Source: FCB group bacterium | GTDB lineage: Bacteria > Zixibacteria > MSB-5A5 > GN15 > FEB-12 | Assembly (NCBI GenBank): GCA_013151855.1 | Contig: JAADHM010000056.1 | Coordinates: 1-32,216, forward strand | DNA: 32,216 bases | Reading direction: 5' to 3' | Part shown: piece after piece, positions 1 through 7,652 of the stretch | How the letters are laid out: each line of letters starts with the position of its first letter | How positions within the stretch are numbered: position 1 is the stretch's first letter | Notes under the pieces: model-generated | Told to the model about the DNA's origin: nothing | Databases searched by the model: none | Seen by the model: the letters and a program-made list of their open reading frames with translations, nothing else | Translations under genes and position numbers: made by a program

Positions 1-1117
1 TGGGTAACAACCAGATAATGGCGATAGCGAACGGTTTTATAATCCACCCCACATAGGGAGTGGTGCCGATACCCAAAATATCTTCCAAACCGACTTTATA
101 TTTTGACATCAGCGTATAATCAAGAGGACCTACAAAAACGGTAAAACTGTCAGTAAAATGGGAAACGCTGGCAAAGGGCATACTGAGACCCACGGTGATG
201 GTTCTTTTTTCAATCGTTTTGTTGTCAGCGGCGGGAATTTTAGTTTTTTCACCGTTGGCAAAAACCGATGCCGCTTCACGGTTTTTGGGAATCATTACGG
301 CGGCAAAATATTTCGAACGCAATCCCGCCCAAGCCGTGTTGCCGTCTAAAGATTGGTTGAGCTTACCTTTGTTGAAATCATCAAGCTTTTCCCGTGAACC
401 GGATTGCATTGCCACCGCTTCCATTGACCGGTAATCCAATTCCGGTTGCGGCTCGGTGACCCCCAAGGGAGTGTTCCAGACAAGATTATACTGACGTTCA
501 AACCCCAGTTGCTGGATATTATCGACACTAAAAGATAAATCATAATTATATTTGTTGGGATAGAAATGGAAACGTTTTATGATTTCACCACCGGCGGAGC
601 TTTGATAGGTATAGACCAAATCCAGTTCTTTATTCGTTGCATCGTATTCTCCCGGGGGAAGACTGGAGACAAACTTAACCCGTGAGGTCGAAAAAGCACC
701 AGCGGCAAAAGTGGCTTCGGGAGTAACAAAACTGGCATGCGGTAACATCTCAATGGGCTTGCCGTCGCGATAGTTATAATCCTTTAAGATTATCGAAATA
801 GGCCCGCCACCATAAGAAGTCAACAATATGCGGTATCTGTTGGTTTTGACAATAACGGTATCGCTTTTGATGCTATCCACCGGTGCATTTACAATAGATT
901 TAAGAGTTTTTGTTGTTGTCGTTAAAGTATCTTTGTTGATTGCAGGAGTTGCTGTTGTCTTTACTTTTGTTGAAGTTGTGGTATCAACGACCGTTTGTTT
1001 TTGGTTAACCTCTTTTGGCAGAGTGGGGTGGTATAAGCCCAAAAATTCCATTATTTGAAAATAAAATAATAAGAAAACCGCTAAAATAACTATAAGAGCA
1101 ATTGTTTTTTTATCCAA
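1..1117 (-). CDS. yidC: Membrane protein insertase YidC, N-terminal part (3' end lies beyond the left window edge)
   Basis: Absent from the ORF track because it runs off the window edge. My minus-strand translation from TTG at 1117 reads (M)DKKTIALIVILAVFLLFYFQ... (signal-anchor TM). A long periplasmic region follows, ending ...FVGPLDYTLMSKYKVGLEDILGIGTTPYVGWIIKPFAIAIIWLLP, with no stop down to position 1. It lies directly downstream of rpmH-rnpA-yidD, the conserved order. The TTG start is inferred; an in-frame ATG lies 23 codons downstream. Confidence 0.85.
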   Translation of the reverse strand, partial: MDKKTIALIVILAVFLLFYFQIMEFLGLYHPTLPKEVNQKQTVVDTTTSTKVKTTATPAINKDTLTTTTKTLKSIVNAPVDSIKSDTVIVKTNRYRILLTSYGGGPISIILKDYNYRDGKPIEMLPHASFVTPEATFAAGAFSTSRVKFVSSLPPGEYDATNKELDLVYTYQSSAGGEIIKRFHFYPNKYNYDLSFSVDNIQQLGFERQYNLVWNTPLGVTEPQPELDYRSMEAVAMQSGSREKLDDFNKGKLNQSLDGNTAWAGLRSKYFAAVMIPKNREAASVFANGEKTKIPAADNKTIEKRTITVGLSMPFASVSHFTDSFTVFVGPLDYTLMSKYKVGLEDILGIGTTPYVGWIIKPFAIAIIWLLP

Positions 1118-1172
1118 TTCACTATCCCTGTTAATTTTAAATATTTAATACCTATACTTTTTAATATCCGGA

Positions 1173-1442
1173 TTATTCAAGGGGGTCATATCCGCCCTCG
1201 TGCCACGGATGACAACGCAAAATACGTTTAACGGCCAAAAAAGTTCCTTTGAAAACTCCATATTTCCGCAAAGCATCTTCCGCATAATGGGAACAAGTCG
1301 GATAATAACGACAACTATTACCTATTATGGGGGAAAAAGTGTAACGGTAAAGATAAATCAAAATTATCAAAGGAAACGCCAAAACAACGGTTATTTTATG
1401 TGCTGGTGTTAATAATCTCGAATATGTGACCGATTTCTGCAT
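1173..1442 (-). CDS. yidD: Membrane protein insertion efficiency factor YidD
   Basis: C-terminal part of ORF 1173..1493 reads YRYTFSPIIGNSCRYYPTCSHYAEDALRKYGVFKGTFLAVKRILRCHPWHEGGYDP, the YidD signature. The 106-aa ORF is too long for this family. ATG at 1442 gives 89 aa and TTG at 1382 gives about 70 aa. Either start overlaps or abuts the rnpA 3' end. Confidence 0.85.
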   Translation of the reverse strand: MQKSVTYSRLLTPAHKITVVLAFPLIILIYLYRYTFSPIIGNSCRYYPTCSHYAEDALRKYGVFKGTFLAVKRILRCHPWHEGGYDPLE

Positions 1443-1743
1443 GGAGATTTTCAAAATCCGGTTTGACGAGCTGGGGCTGAGGGAAAAGGGCAATTTTGAC
1501 CGGCCTGGTTAAAAGCCTACGATTGGTGCGAACGGCTTCCCTGATTAGTCTTTTCAAACGATTCCTTTTTACGGCCACACCATATTTTTTGGGAATAAAA
1601 ACCGCCCATTGAAACTCGTCGCTTTCCTCCCAGATTAGCTTAATGCTTTTCCCTGAGATTCTTTTGCCCTTACGAATAAGGTGGTCAATAGCCACCTTTT
1701 TTTTCAGGCTCAATCTTCGTGGAAATTTATTTTTTCCGCCCAA
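1396..1743 (-). CDS. rnpA: Ribonuclease P protein component
   Basis: 115-aa basic protein, ...[32 protein letters not shown]...[16 protein letters not shown], lying between rpmH and yidD. The start is TTG at 1743. Confidence 0.85.
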   Translation of the reverse strand: MGGKNKFPRRLSLKKKVAIDHLIRKGKRISGKSIKLIWEESDEFQWAVFIPKKYGVAVKRNRLKRLIREAVRTNRRLLTRPVKIALFPQPQLVKPDFENLHAEIGHIFEIINTST

Positions 1744-1879
1744 CTCTGACAGTTAATCTTTTTCTACCTTTGGCACGACGACGAGCCAATACTCTTCGGC
1801 CACCTTTGGTAGCCATCCGCGCCCGAAAGCCGTGGTCATTTAATTTTTTTCTATTCGATGGTTGAAATGTTCTTTTCAT
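1727..1879 (-). CDS. rpmH: 50S ribosomal protein L34
   Basis: Below the ORF-track size cutoff. My minus-strand translation from ATG 1879 is [50 protein letters not shown], a near-consensus L34. The stop TAA is at 1727-1729. The gene overlaps the rnpA TTG start by 17 nt in another frame. Confidence 0.95.
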   Translation of the reverse strand: MKRTFQPSNRKKLNDHGFRARMATKGGRRVLARRRAKGRKRLTVRVGRKK

Positions 1880-1906
1880 TTGTTTAAACCTTTAATTTAG
1901 CCAAGA

Positions 1907-1934
1907 AATATAAGTAATTTATATTATCCGTCAA
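1907..1934 (-). promoter_or_regulatory. Candidate sigma70-type promoter for the rpmH operon
   Basis: On the minus strand: TTGACG (1934-1929), 16-nt spacer, TATATT (1912-1907), about 28 nt upstream of the rpmH ATG. An AAAGG Shine-Dalgarno-like element lies between the -10 box and the ATG. Confidence 0.35.
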
Positions 1935-2072
1935 GGGAATTATTAACCGTCGCCGGCAAAACGAAAATATCCCCTTTCTTTCGTTAGGCTATAATTACTT
2001 TTCACAAGAAAACATAATAAAGATACAATAACATTAACCGTGAAAATTCTGATTATTTTTTATAAAACTTTC

Positions 2073-3149
2073 TTATAACAAACGCTCAAAGACAAAGTAT
2101 AAACCAATACCGATGAAAAAAGCAACATAACCAAAGAGAAGGAACAACAGGGTAAAATGGAACGAATTATCCGTATCTTTATTCGTGATGTAGATTTTAT
2201 AGGCAATGAAATTAGCCAAGGAGCCGACAAGACTACCAAAACCGCCCACATTGACCCCCCAAAGCAATGATTTCCACTGAGGGGTAAACTTGGCAAAAAA
2301 CAATGTTGCCGGAACATTACTTATAATTTGACTCGTTAGGGCAGATAATAAAAAGACATGGCCTTTATTCTGCAAATCAGAACCTAACATAACTCTTAAA
2401 TTATCAGAAAGACCAAAAAAGAAGAAAAAAGTAATCAACAAACCATAATCAATCAGAAAACTCTTGCGGTCCATTAAAAGCACCCAAGCAATAATTACCA
2501 TCCCAATATATAAAGGCAGAATATGGATAACAGCCAAAATGAAGACCAGTAACAATATTAAATAAATGTACGAAGAAGACCTTAACTTTTCTTTTTTCTC
2601 CCTAACATGGTGATTATGATCCTTAATCATAAAAGATGCTAAAACCAAAAGCACCAAAAATATTAATGAGAAAGGAGCAATCCTAAAAATAAAATCCTTG
2701 GTTCCCACTCCATAAAACCAATAGATAAATAAATTTTGAGGGTTGCCAAAAGGGGTCAGTGCCGCTCCGGAATTGGCGGCTATGGCTTCTAAAATTACCA
2801 GGATATGTTTCTTTTCAACCGTAAGATTTAATGTTAAAGGAACGATGATAATCAAAGCAACATCATTGGTAACAAACATCGACAATACAAATGTCGCTAA
2901 AATCAGTTTTAAGGGAAGAAACTTGCCCTTGCTTATATTTTCTGAAAATCTGGTAAGGATACCACTGTCTTTCATTCCCTTCACAATGACAAAGAAAACA
3001 AACAGAGCGTAAAATATTTCAAAATCGGAAACAGAATAATGAGGTATTCGCTGGAGGTAAACAGAAGTGATGATAACCCCCAAAGCGGAGATCAGAAGCA
3101 ACCACTCTTTGGATAGAAATTCAAACCAAGAAAAACGTTTCATATACAA
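2073..3149 (-). CDS. ArsB/NhaD/CitMHS-superfamily anion permease (substrate unknown)
   Basis: 358 aa, polytopic. Contains ...LEAIAANSGAALTPFGNPQNLFIYW... and a second-half ...LTSQIISNVPATLFF... repeat, characteristic of this ion-transporter superfamily. Confidence 0.6.
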   Translation of the reverse strand: MYMKRFSWFEFLSKEWLLLISALGVIITSVYLQRIPHYSVSDFEIFYALFVFFVIVKGMKDSGILTRFSENISKGKFLPLKLILATFVLSMFVTNDVALIIIVPLTLNLTVEKKHILVILEAIAANSGAALTPFGNPQNLFIYWFYGVGTKDFIFRIAPFSLIFLVLLVLASFMIKDHNHHVREKKEKLRSSSYIYLILLLVFILAVIHILPLYIGMVIIAWVLLMDRKSFLIDYGLLITFFFFFGLSDNLRVMLGSDLQNKGHVFLLSALTSQIISNVPATLFFAKFTPQWKSLLWGVNVGGFGSLVGSLANFIAYKIYITNKDTDNSFHFTLLFLLFGYVAFFIGIGLYFVFERLL

Positions 3150-3325
3150 TTAACTACAATCATTAAAACAAACCTGTCTTGTCTTACCTTCTCAGAATAT
3201 TTTCATTACTGTATAATAAAGAAAAACCCAAAGATATCAAAAATATTATTTCTTCTATCACAAAGCACTTACTTTATTTTCAATAAAAGTTTTCATATTT
3301 ACATCCAATTTATTAAATTAACTAA

Positions 3326-3973
3326 ATGAATTACGATAAAATTTATAACGAAACCAAAAAATATTTTGGCCTCCGACCGGAAGGCATATTAGTCGACTGC
3401 TATCGATATTTAAACCCATCGTTTCCCGTTCTGGATATTGGCGCCGGTCAGGGACGTAACACCCTTTTTTTAGCTCGGCAAGGTCTTGACGTGGAAGCGA
3501 TCGAGCCTTCCAAAATTGCCTGCCAACAGATTATGTCACAAGTAAAGGATAAAAACTTGCCCATAAAAGTATTTAACACCGGTTTTGAGAATTTCCGACC
3601 ATCGGTTAAATCCTACTCCGGGATTTTAATCTTCAGTATCATTCAAATTCTTTCGCTCCCAAAAATCTCGTCGCTTATCGATAAACTTTCTCAATGGACG
3701 GAAAAAGGAGGTTTGGTTTTTGTAACGGCTTTTACCACCGAGGATCCGGCTTTGGAAAAGCTTGATCGTAAAGCGGTTAAAATAGGCAAAAATTCCTATC
3801 GTTTTAATAACGATATTCACACTTTCTTAGAACCGCAAGAACTTAAGAAATTATTGAAAAAAGATTTCTCCCCTTTATATTATTGCGAACGGATGACCCC
3901 CTGGCATCGTCATGGACATCGAAAAGAGCATCGCCACGCCTTGGTCGAAGCGATATTCAGACGGAAAGATTAA
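3326..3973 (+). CDS. Class I SAM-dependent methyltransferase, TehB-like
   Basis: Motif I VLDIGAGQGRNTLFLARQGLDVEAIEPS and overall TehB-like layout. His-rich C-terminus (WHRHGHRKEHRH). Confidence 0.7.
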   Translation: MNYDKIYNETKKYFGLRPEGILVDCYRYLNPSFPVLDIGAGQGRNTLFLARQGLDVEAIEPSKIACQQIMSQVKDKNLPIKVFNTGFENFRPSVKSYSGILIFSIIQILSLPKISSLIDKLSQWTEKGGLVFVTAFTTEDPALEKLDRKAVKIGKNSYRFNNDIHTFLEPQELKKLLKKDFSPLYYCERMTPWHRHGHRKEHRHALVEAIFRRKD

Positions 3974-4168
3974 GCAAAGAGTTTTTATTATATTAACTCA
4001 CGTTTTCGCCGCAACGGAAAGACCCACAAACGGCTTATCATGCCAATGAGAAGCGAACCGTATAGCCTATTGTTATATGATTTATGACTCGATGGCTGCA
4101 AGGAAAAGAGCGCAGCGGGGTACAACATAAAGTTGCTGTTATGTCAATTAGTTTTCATCTTTTAAAAA

Positions 4169-4197
4169 GTGGCAGACGAGAGCGTCTGCCGACCACA
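4169..4197. repeat. REP-like hairpin, copy 1 (GGCAGACG-AGAG-CGTCTGCC-GACCA)
   Basis: Perfect 8-bp stem GGCAGACG/CGTCTGCC with a 4-nt loop and a conserved 3' tail GACCA. Lies 148 nt upstream of the GlpX-like gene. Confidence 0.75.
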
Positions 4198-4344
4198 CAA
4201 TATCTTAAATATGTATGACCTCTTCAAAAACCGATTCTTAGATAAACGAAAGTTATTACTTGAAAAAAAAGGAAATAAGTTATACTATATAACCTATATT
4301 GAACGGTAATATTTAATCTTTTTGGATAGTAAGGAAGGAATGCT

Positions 4345-6021
4345 ATGGATAATAATCTGCGTTTCAATATAGCCGATCAACGACTTTCTTATAACGGCAA
4401 AAAAGAGGAATTGGTCTTTGACGAAGACCGCCTGATTGAGTTTAATCATCGCCATAAAGCCGCTTTGGCTAATTATGAGCTTTCCTTAGATGCTTGCACT
4501 ATTATTACCCTAAGCGATAAGATCAATTACGATTCCAACTTGGGAGCTTTACGCAATCGCCAGTTACGGCAATCGGTAACTCTCTCGGCGGCGCTATCGG
4601 CTATCGCCGTCGGCTTGCACGGATGCGGAAGTTTAACCAAAGTTCCCAAGGAGCTCATCACCAAAGAGTTGATCAACAATCTCAAACGCGCCAACGACCG
4701 CACCGCCGCGCAGGTTATGGCGGAAGTATTACAGACCACCACCGAAACTCTGCCGGTAGGCGAGGAAGTTCTTATCGAGTGCGCTATCACCGAAGGAGTG
4801 CGGGTGAAACCGGGCAAAGAAGTAGGGGGTAACCCGACTATTGCCGTGGGGGCGGTTTTTGGCAAAAACGAACATCGCGCTCAGTACGGACTCTCGATGC
4901 CCTACAATGTGACCCTCCTTTCGATGGGCAATGACGTTATCGACGGCACCACCAAATCGGTCAAAGGTTTGCACTCCAGTTTAACGACATTATTTATTAC
5001 CGAAGCTAACATAAAAAGGCATCTACCGGATATCTATGTCCAGCGCTGGATGAGCGGAGCTTATTTTGAAGAGTTCAACCCCCGGGAAGCCAATTTATTG
5101 GAAGCGGCCGAAATCATCTCTGCCGCTTACGGACACCCCGGTGTGAACCAATTGAGCGCTTATTTCCTGGACCGTCCTCGGCACCTGCCCGCTATGGATA
5201 TCCTCAACAAAGCCGGTGTGGCTACTCCTTTCGACAAAGACGGCGATTTATTACCGGCGGTTATTTTAGGACTGGAAGGGCTTTCGTTTCCCAACAAGAG
5301 AGGACTACATTCGATGATTGGAGAAATAGGCGGCTCGGCGGAATGGGCGGTAGGCGTGTTGCCTTTGGTGTGGCGGGGCGGACAGGCTATCGGCATGCTG
5401 ACCAGCCAATCCACTTTAACACGCAAAGACCTTTCCCCCGAAGAATTATGGAAAGAACGGTTTCACTTTACCGAAGAAGAGTTTATGCAGATTCAGGACG
5501 CCCGCTTCGAGCGCAAACCTTATTTCACTATTGCCGATATAATTGACGATCCTTTTGCCGGAGGTGTCAGCGCTTTCGGAGCGATTACCGATAATTATTT
5601 TATTCCTTTTATGGAAGGAGTAAAAACGGATGAAAGCAACCATCGCATTAGCGTTAATGTTTTGTTAGTCAATTCTCTGGGAATGGTGGAATGCTGGCAA
5701 TTTTCTTTTAAGTGTCAACAAAGCCTCGGACAAACTTTGGAACTGATGCTCTCCCCCAAGGAAAAACTCGACGACCTCAGTAAACCGGAACTGGAAAAAG
5801 CAATCGGCGAGATGCTCCAAGATCAAAAACTCAGAAAGCGCTTCCGTATCTTTTTCAACAACGAATATTATCCCGCATTAATTCCCATACGAAACAATAT
5901 GGTTTTGTTGCACAAAGCGGTGGAAGCATTGATTGAACGCGGCGCCCTCAACGATAAAGATCGGGAAATTGTTAAAATCACCGAGAAACTCGCCAGTGAA
6001 TGGTTCGTAAACTCCGATTGA
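4345..6021 (+). CDS. GlpX (class II fructose-1,6-bisphosphatase) family protein, atypically long
   Basis: Strong SD (AAGGAAGGA) 5 nt upstream of the ATG. The core carries GlpX-like blocks: AITEG (cf. IGEGE), LSMGNDVIDGTT (cf. AVDPIEGT), FLDRPRHLPAMDILNKAGV...DKDGDL (cf. LAKPRH...IPDGDV) and IGEIGGSAEWAV (cf. GIGGAPEGV). It also has about 75 extra N-terminal residues and about 100 extra C-terminal residues. Confidence 0.6.
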   Translation: MDNNLRFNIADQRLSYNGKKEELVFDEDRLIEFNHRHKAALANYELSLDACTIITLSDKINYDSNLGALRNRQLRQSVTLSAALSAIAVGLHGCGSLTKVPKELITKELINNLKRANDRTAAQVMAEVLQTTTETLPVGEEVLIECAITEGVRVKPGKEVGGNPTIAVGAVFGKNEHRAQYGLSMPYNVTLLSMGNDVIDGTTKSVKGLHSSLTTLFITEANIKRHLPDIYVQRWMSGAYFEEFNPREANLLEAAEIISAAYGHPGVNQLSAYFLDRPRHLPAMDILNKAGVATPFDKDGDLLPAVILGLEGLSFPNKRGLHSMIGEIGGSAEWAVGVLPLVWRGGQAIGMLTSQSTLTRKDLSPEELWKERFHFTEEEFMQIQDARFERKPYFTIADIIDDPFAGGVSAFGAITDNYFIPFMEGVKTDESNHRISVNVLLVNSLGMVECWQFSFKCQQSLGQTLELMLSPKEKLDDLSKPELEKAIGEMLQDQKLRKRFRIFFNNEYYPALIPIRNNMVLLHKAVEALIERGALNDKDREIVKITEKLASEWFVNSD

Positions 6022-6044
6022 TTATTTAAAAAGTACGCTTTCTT

Positions 6045-6076
6045 GTGGGTGGCAGACGTCCTCGTCTGCCGACCAC
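6045..6076. repeat. REP-like hairpin, copy 2 (GTGG-GT-GGCAGACG-TCCT-CGTCTGCC-GA-CCAC)
   Basis: Same 8-bp stem and GACCA tail as copy 1. The stem is extended by an outer GTGG/CCAC pairing. Starts 24 nt after the GlpX-like stop codon. Confidence 0.75.
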
Positions 6077-6136
6077 GAAAAAACGGCAGCCAGATAGTAA
6101 CAGGTGGGAAGGCCACTTCCGACATTTTTTATGCAT

Positions 6137-6217
6137 GTCATTCCTGCGCAAGCAGGAATCTAAAGGTAGATTCCCGTTTTCACGGGAATGACGAGCAGGT
6201 GTTTTCACAGGGATGAC
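6137..6217. repeat. Cluster of ATTCC(C/T)-N8-(A/G)GGAAT hairpin repeats
   Basis: GTCATTCCTGCGCAAGCAGGAATC (6137-6160) and GATTCCCGTTTTCACGGGAATGAC (6169-6192) are mutually inverted copies of one hairpin unit. A partial third copy, TTTTCACAGGGATGAC, lies at 6202-6217. Confidence 0.7.
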
Positions 6218-6240
6218 CTTAATAGACTTATTTTGTGAAC

Positions 6241-6265
6241 GGCAGACGCCCTCGTCTGCCGACCA
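6241..6265. repeat. REP-like hairpin, copy 3 (GGCAGACG-CCCT-CGTCTGCC-GACCA)
   Basis: Same stem and tail as copies 1 and 2, same orientation, different loop. Lies immediately outside the recA stop codon. Confidence 0.75.
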
Positions 6266-6271
6266 TGAAAT

Positions 6272-7315
6272 TTACTTTTTTTCAGTATCGTCGGAAGTCT
6301 TATCGGTAGCAGGGGCAATTCCCAGTTTCACCTGTACTTTATTGAAAATTTCCGAAGCTATGGGAGCGTTCTCTTCCAAAAATTGTTTGGCATTTTCTCG
6401 CCCCTGCCCCAGACGCTCTGATTCATAGCTGAACCACGAACCGGATTTTTCAATTATATCGTGATTCACCGCCATATCCAAAAGCTCACCGGAATGAGAT
6501 ATCCCTTTGCCATAAATAATATCAAATTCCGTTTCTCTAAATGGCGGGGCTACTTTGTTTTTGACTACGCGCACCCGGGTACGGGAACCAACCATTGTTT
6601 GGTTATCTTTAATGGAAGCGATGCGTCTGATATCCAAACGGATGGTGGAATAAAATTTAAGAGCGTTGCCGCCGGTGGTGGTTTCGGGATTCCCAAACAT
6701 AATTCCTATTTTCATTCTGATCTGGTTGATGAAAATAACGGAAGTTTTCGATTTGGAAATTATGGCGGTCAATTTTCGTAGCGCTTGCGACATCAACCGC
6801 GCCTGAAGTCCCATGTGGCTGTCACCCATATCCCCTTCAATTTCCGATTTGGGCGTCAAAGCCGCCACCGAGTCGATAACAACAACGTCGATAGCTCCCG
6901 AACGCACCAAAGTTTCGGTAATTTCCAAAGCCTGCTCGCCCGTATCGGGTTGTGAGATAAGTAAGTTGTCAATGTCAACACCAAGAGCTTTCGCATATTT
7001 GGCATCGAGAGCATGCTCGGCATCGATAAAAGCCGCCACCCCACCGGCTTTTTGCGCTTCGGCGATAATATGAAGAGCCATAGTGGTTTTCCCTGATGAT
7101 TCGGGACCATATATTTCCGTCACGCGACCGCGGGGAATTCCCCCCACACCAAGGGCATAATCCAATCCCAAGGAACCCGACGGTATCACCTCCACTTCCA
7201 ATACTCGGTTATCGCCCAGGCGCATGATGGAACCTTTGCCGAAAGAGCGCTCAATTTGCGTTAAAGCGGCATCAAGCGCTTTTTTGCGATCTGTACTCGT
7301 AATTACAGGAGTCAT
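6272..7315 (-). CDS. recA: Recombinase RecA
   Basis: [23 protein letters not shown], Walker [10 protein letters not shown], and the FIDAEHALD and [11 protein letters not shown] blocks. The ORF extends to ATG 7357 (361 aa). The internal ATG at 7315 is preceded by AGAGGT at 9-nt spacing and gives a typical 347-aa RecA, so I prefer 7315. Confidence 0.95.
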   Translation of the reverse strand: MTPVITSTDRKKALDAALTQIERSFGKGSIMRLGDNRVLEVEVIPSGSLGLDYALGVGGIPRGRVTEIYGPESSGKTTMALHIIAEAQKAGGVAAFIDAEHALDAKYAKALGVDIDNLLISQPDTGEQALEITETLVRSGAIDVVVIDSVAALTPKSEIEGDMGDSHMGLQARLMSQALRKLTAIISKSKTSVIFINQIRMKIGIMFGNPETTTGGNALKFYSTIRLDIRRIASIKDNQTMVGSRTRVRVVKNKVAPPFRETEFDIIYGKGISHSGELLDMAVNHDIIEKSGSWFSYESERLGQGRENAKQFLEENAPIASEIFNKVQVKLGIAPATDKTSDDTEKK

Positions 7316-7652
7316 AAATGATTTACCTCTCTTTATTTCTATCTTTTTTTTGGCCATAGTTTATAATTTATAAAAACTTTATTTTAAATATATCACATTT
7401 TAATCAAGAATAAAATAAATAATTATCGTGACAGGTAATGTCAGTTTATTATACTTTTATAAAGGATAAGCGATACGACCGAGTCGCTTTTTTTACCGTT
7501 TGCTTATAAAAACAAAAAGTAATTGACGTTTCCGTTCTTTCGTAGTAATTATAGACGAGAGAGTTTTTTCTGTCCGATAAACTTTTTATAAACTCCTCTT
7601 TTTTGTTTTGTAATTATTATAAACTTTAAATAAGTCACATATCTGAATAAAT

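Noticed and set aside
158-1058. Small plus-strand ORFs (158..349, 195..434, 828..1058) and minus-strand ORF 346..543
   Set aside because: All lie inside the uninterrupted minus-strand yidC reading frame, either antisense or in other frames. Their sequences are low-complexity and not protein-like.
2060-2317. 85-aa minus-strand ORF overlapping the 3' end of the permease gene in another frame
   Set aside because: It lies almost entirely within the 358-aa permease ORF, which has the recognisable transporter motifs. It is an alternative-frame artefact.
3974-4344. 370-bp spacer upstream of the GlpX-like gene as an ncRNA, tRNA or pseudogene
   Set aside because: No tRNA-like T-arm or anticodon structure. 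Only short weak hairpins are present apart from REP copy 1, and only ORFs of 15 codons or fewer. Nothing can be supported without covariance-model or homology searches.
6026-6208. 60-aa minus-strand ORF (MKTPARHSRENGNLPLDSCLRRNDM...) and the adjacent plus-strand ORF 6213..6428
   Set aside because: The first is a read-through of palindromic hairpin repeats; the characteristic '..RRND..' peptide is a translation artefact of such repeats. The second is mostly antisense to the recA 3' end. Neither has an SD or a coding-like context.
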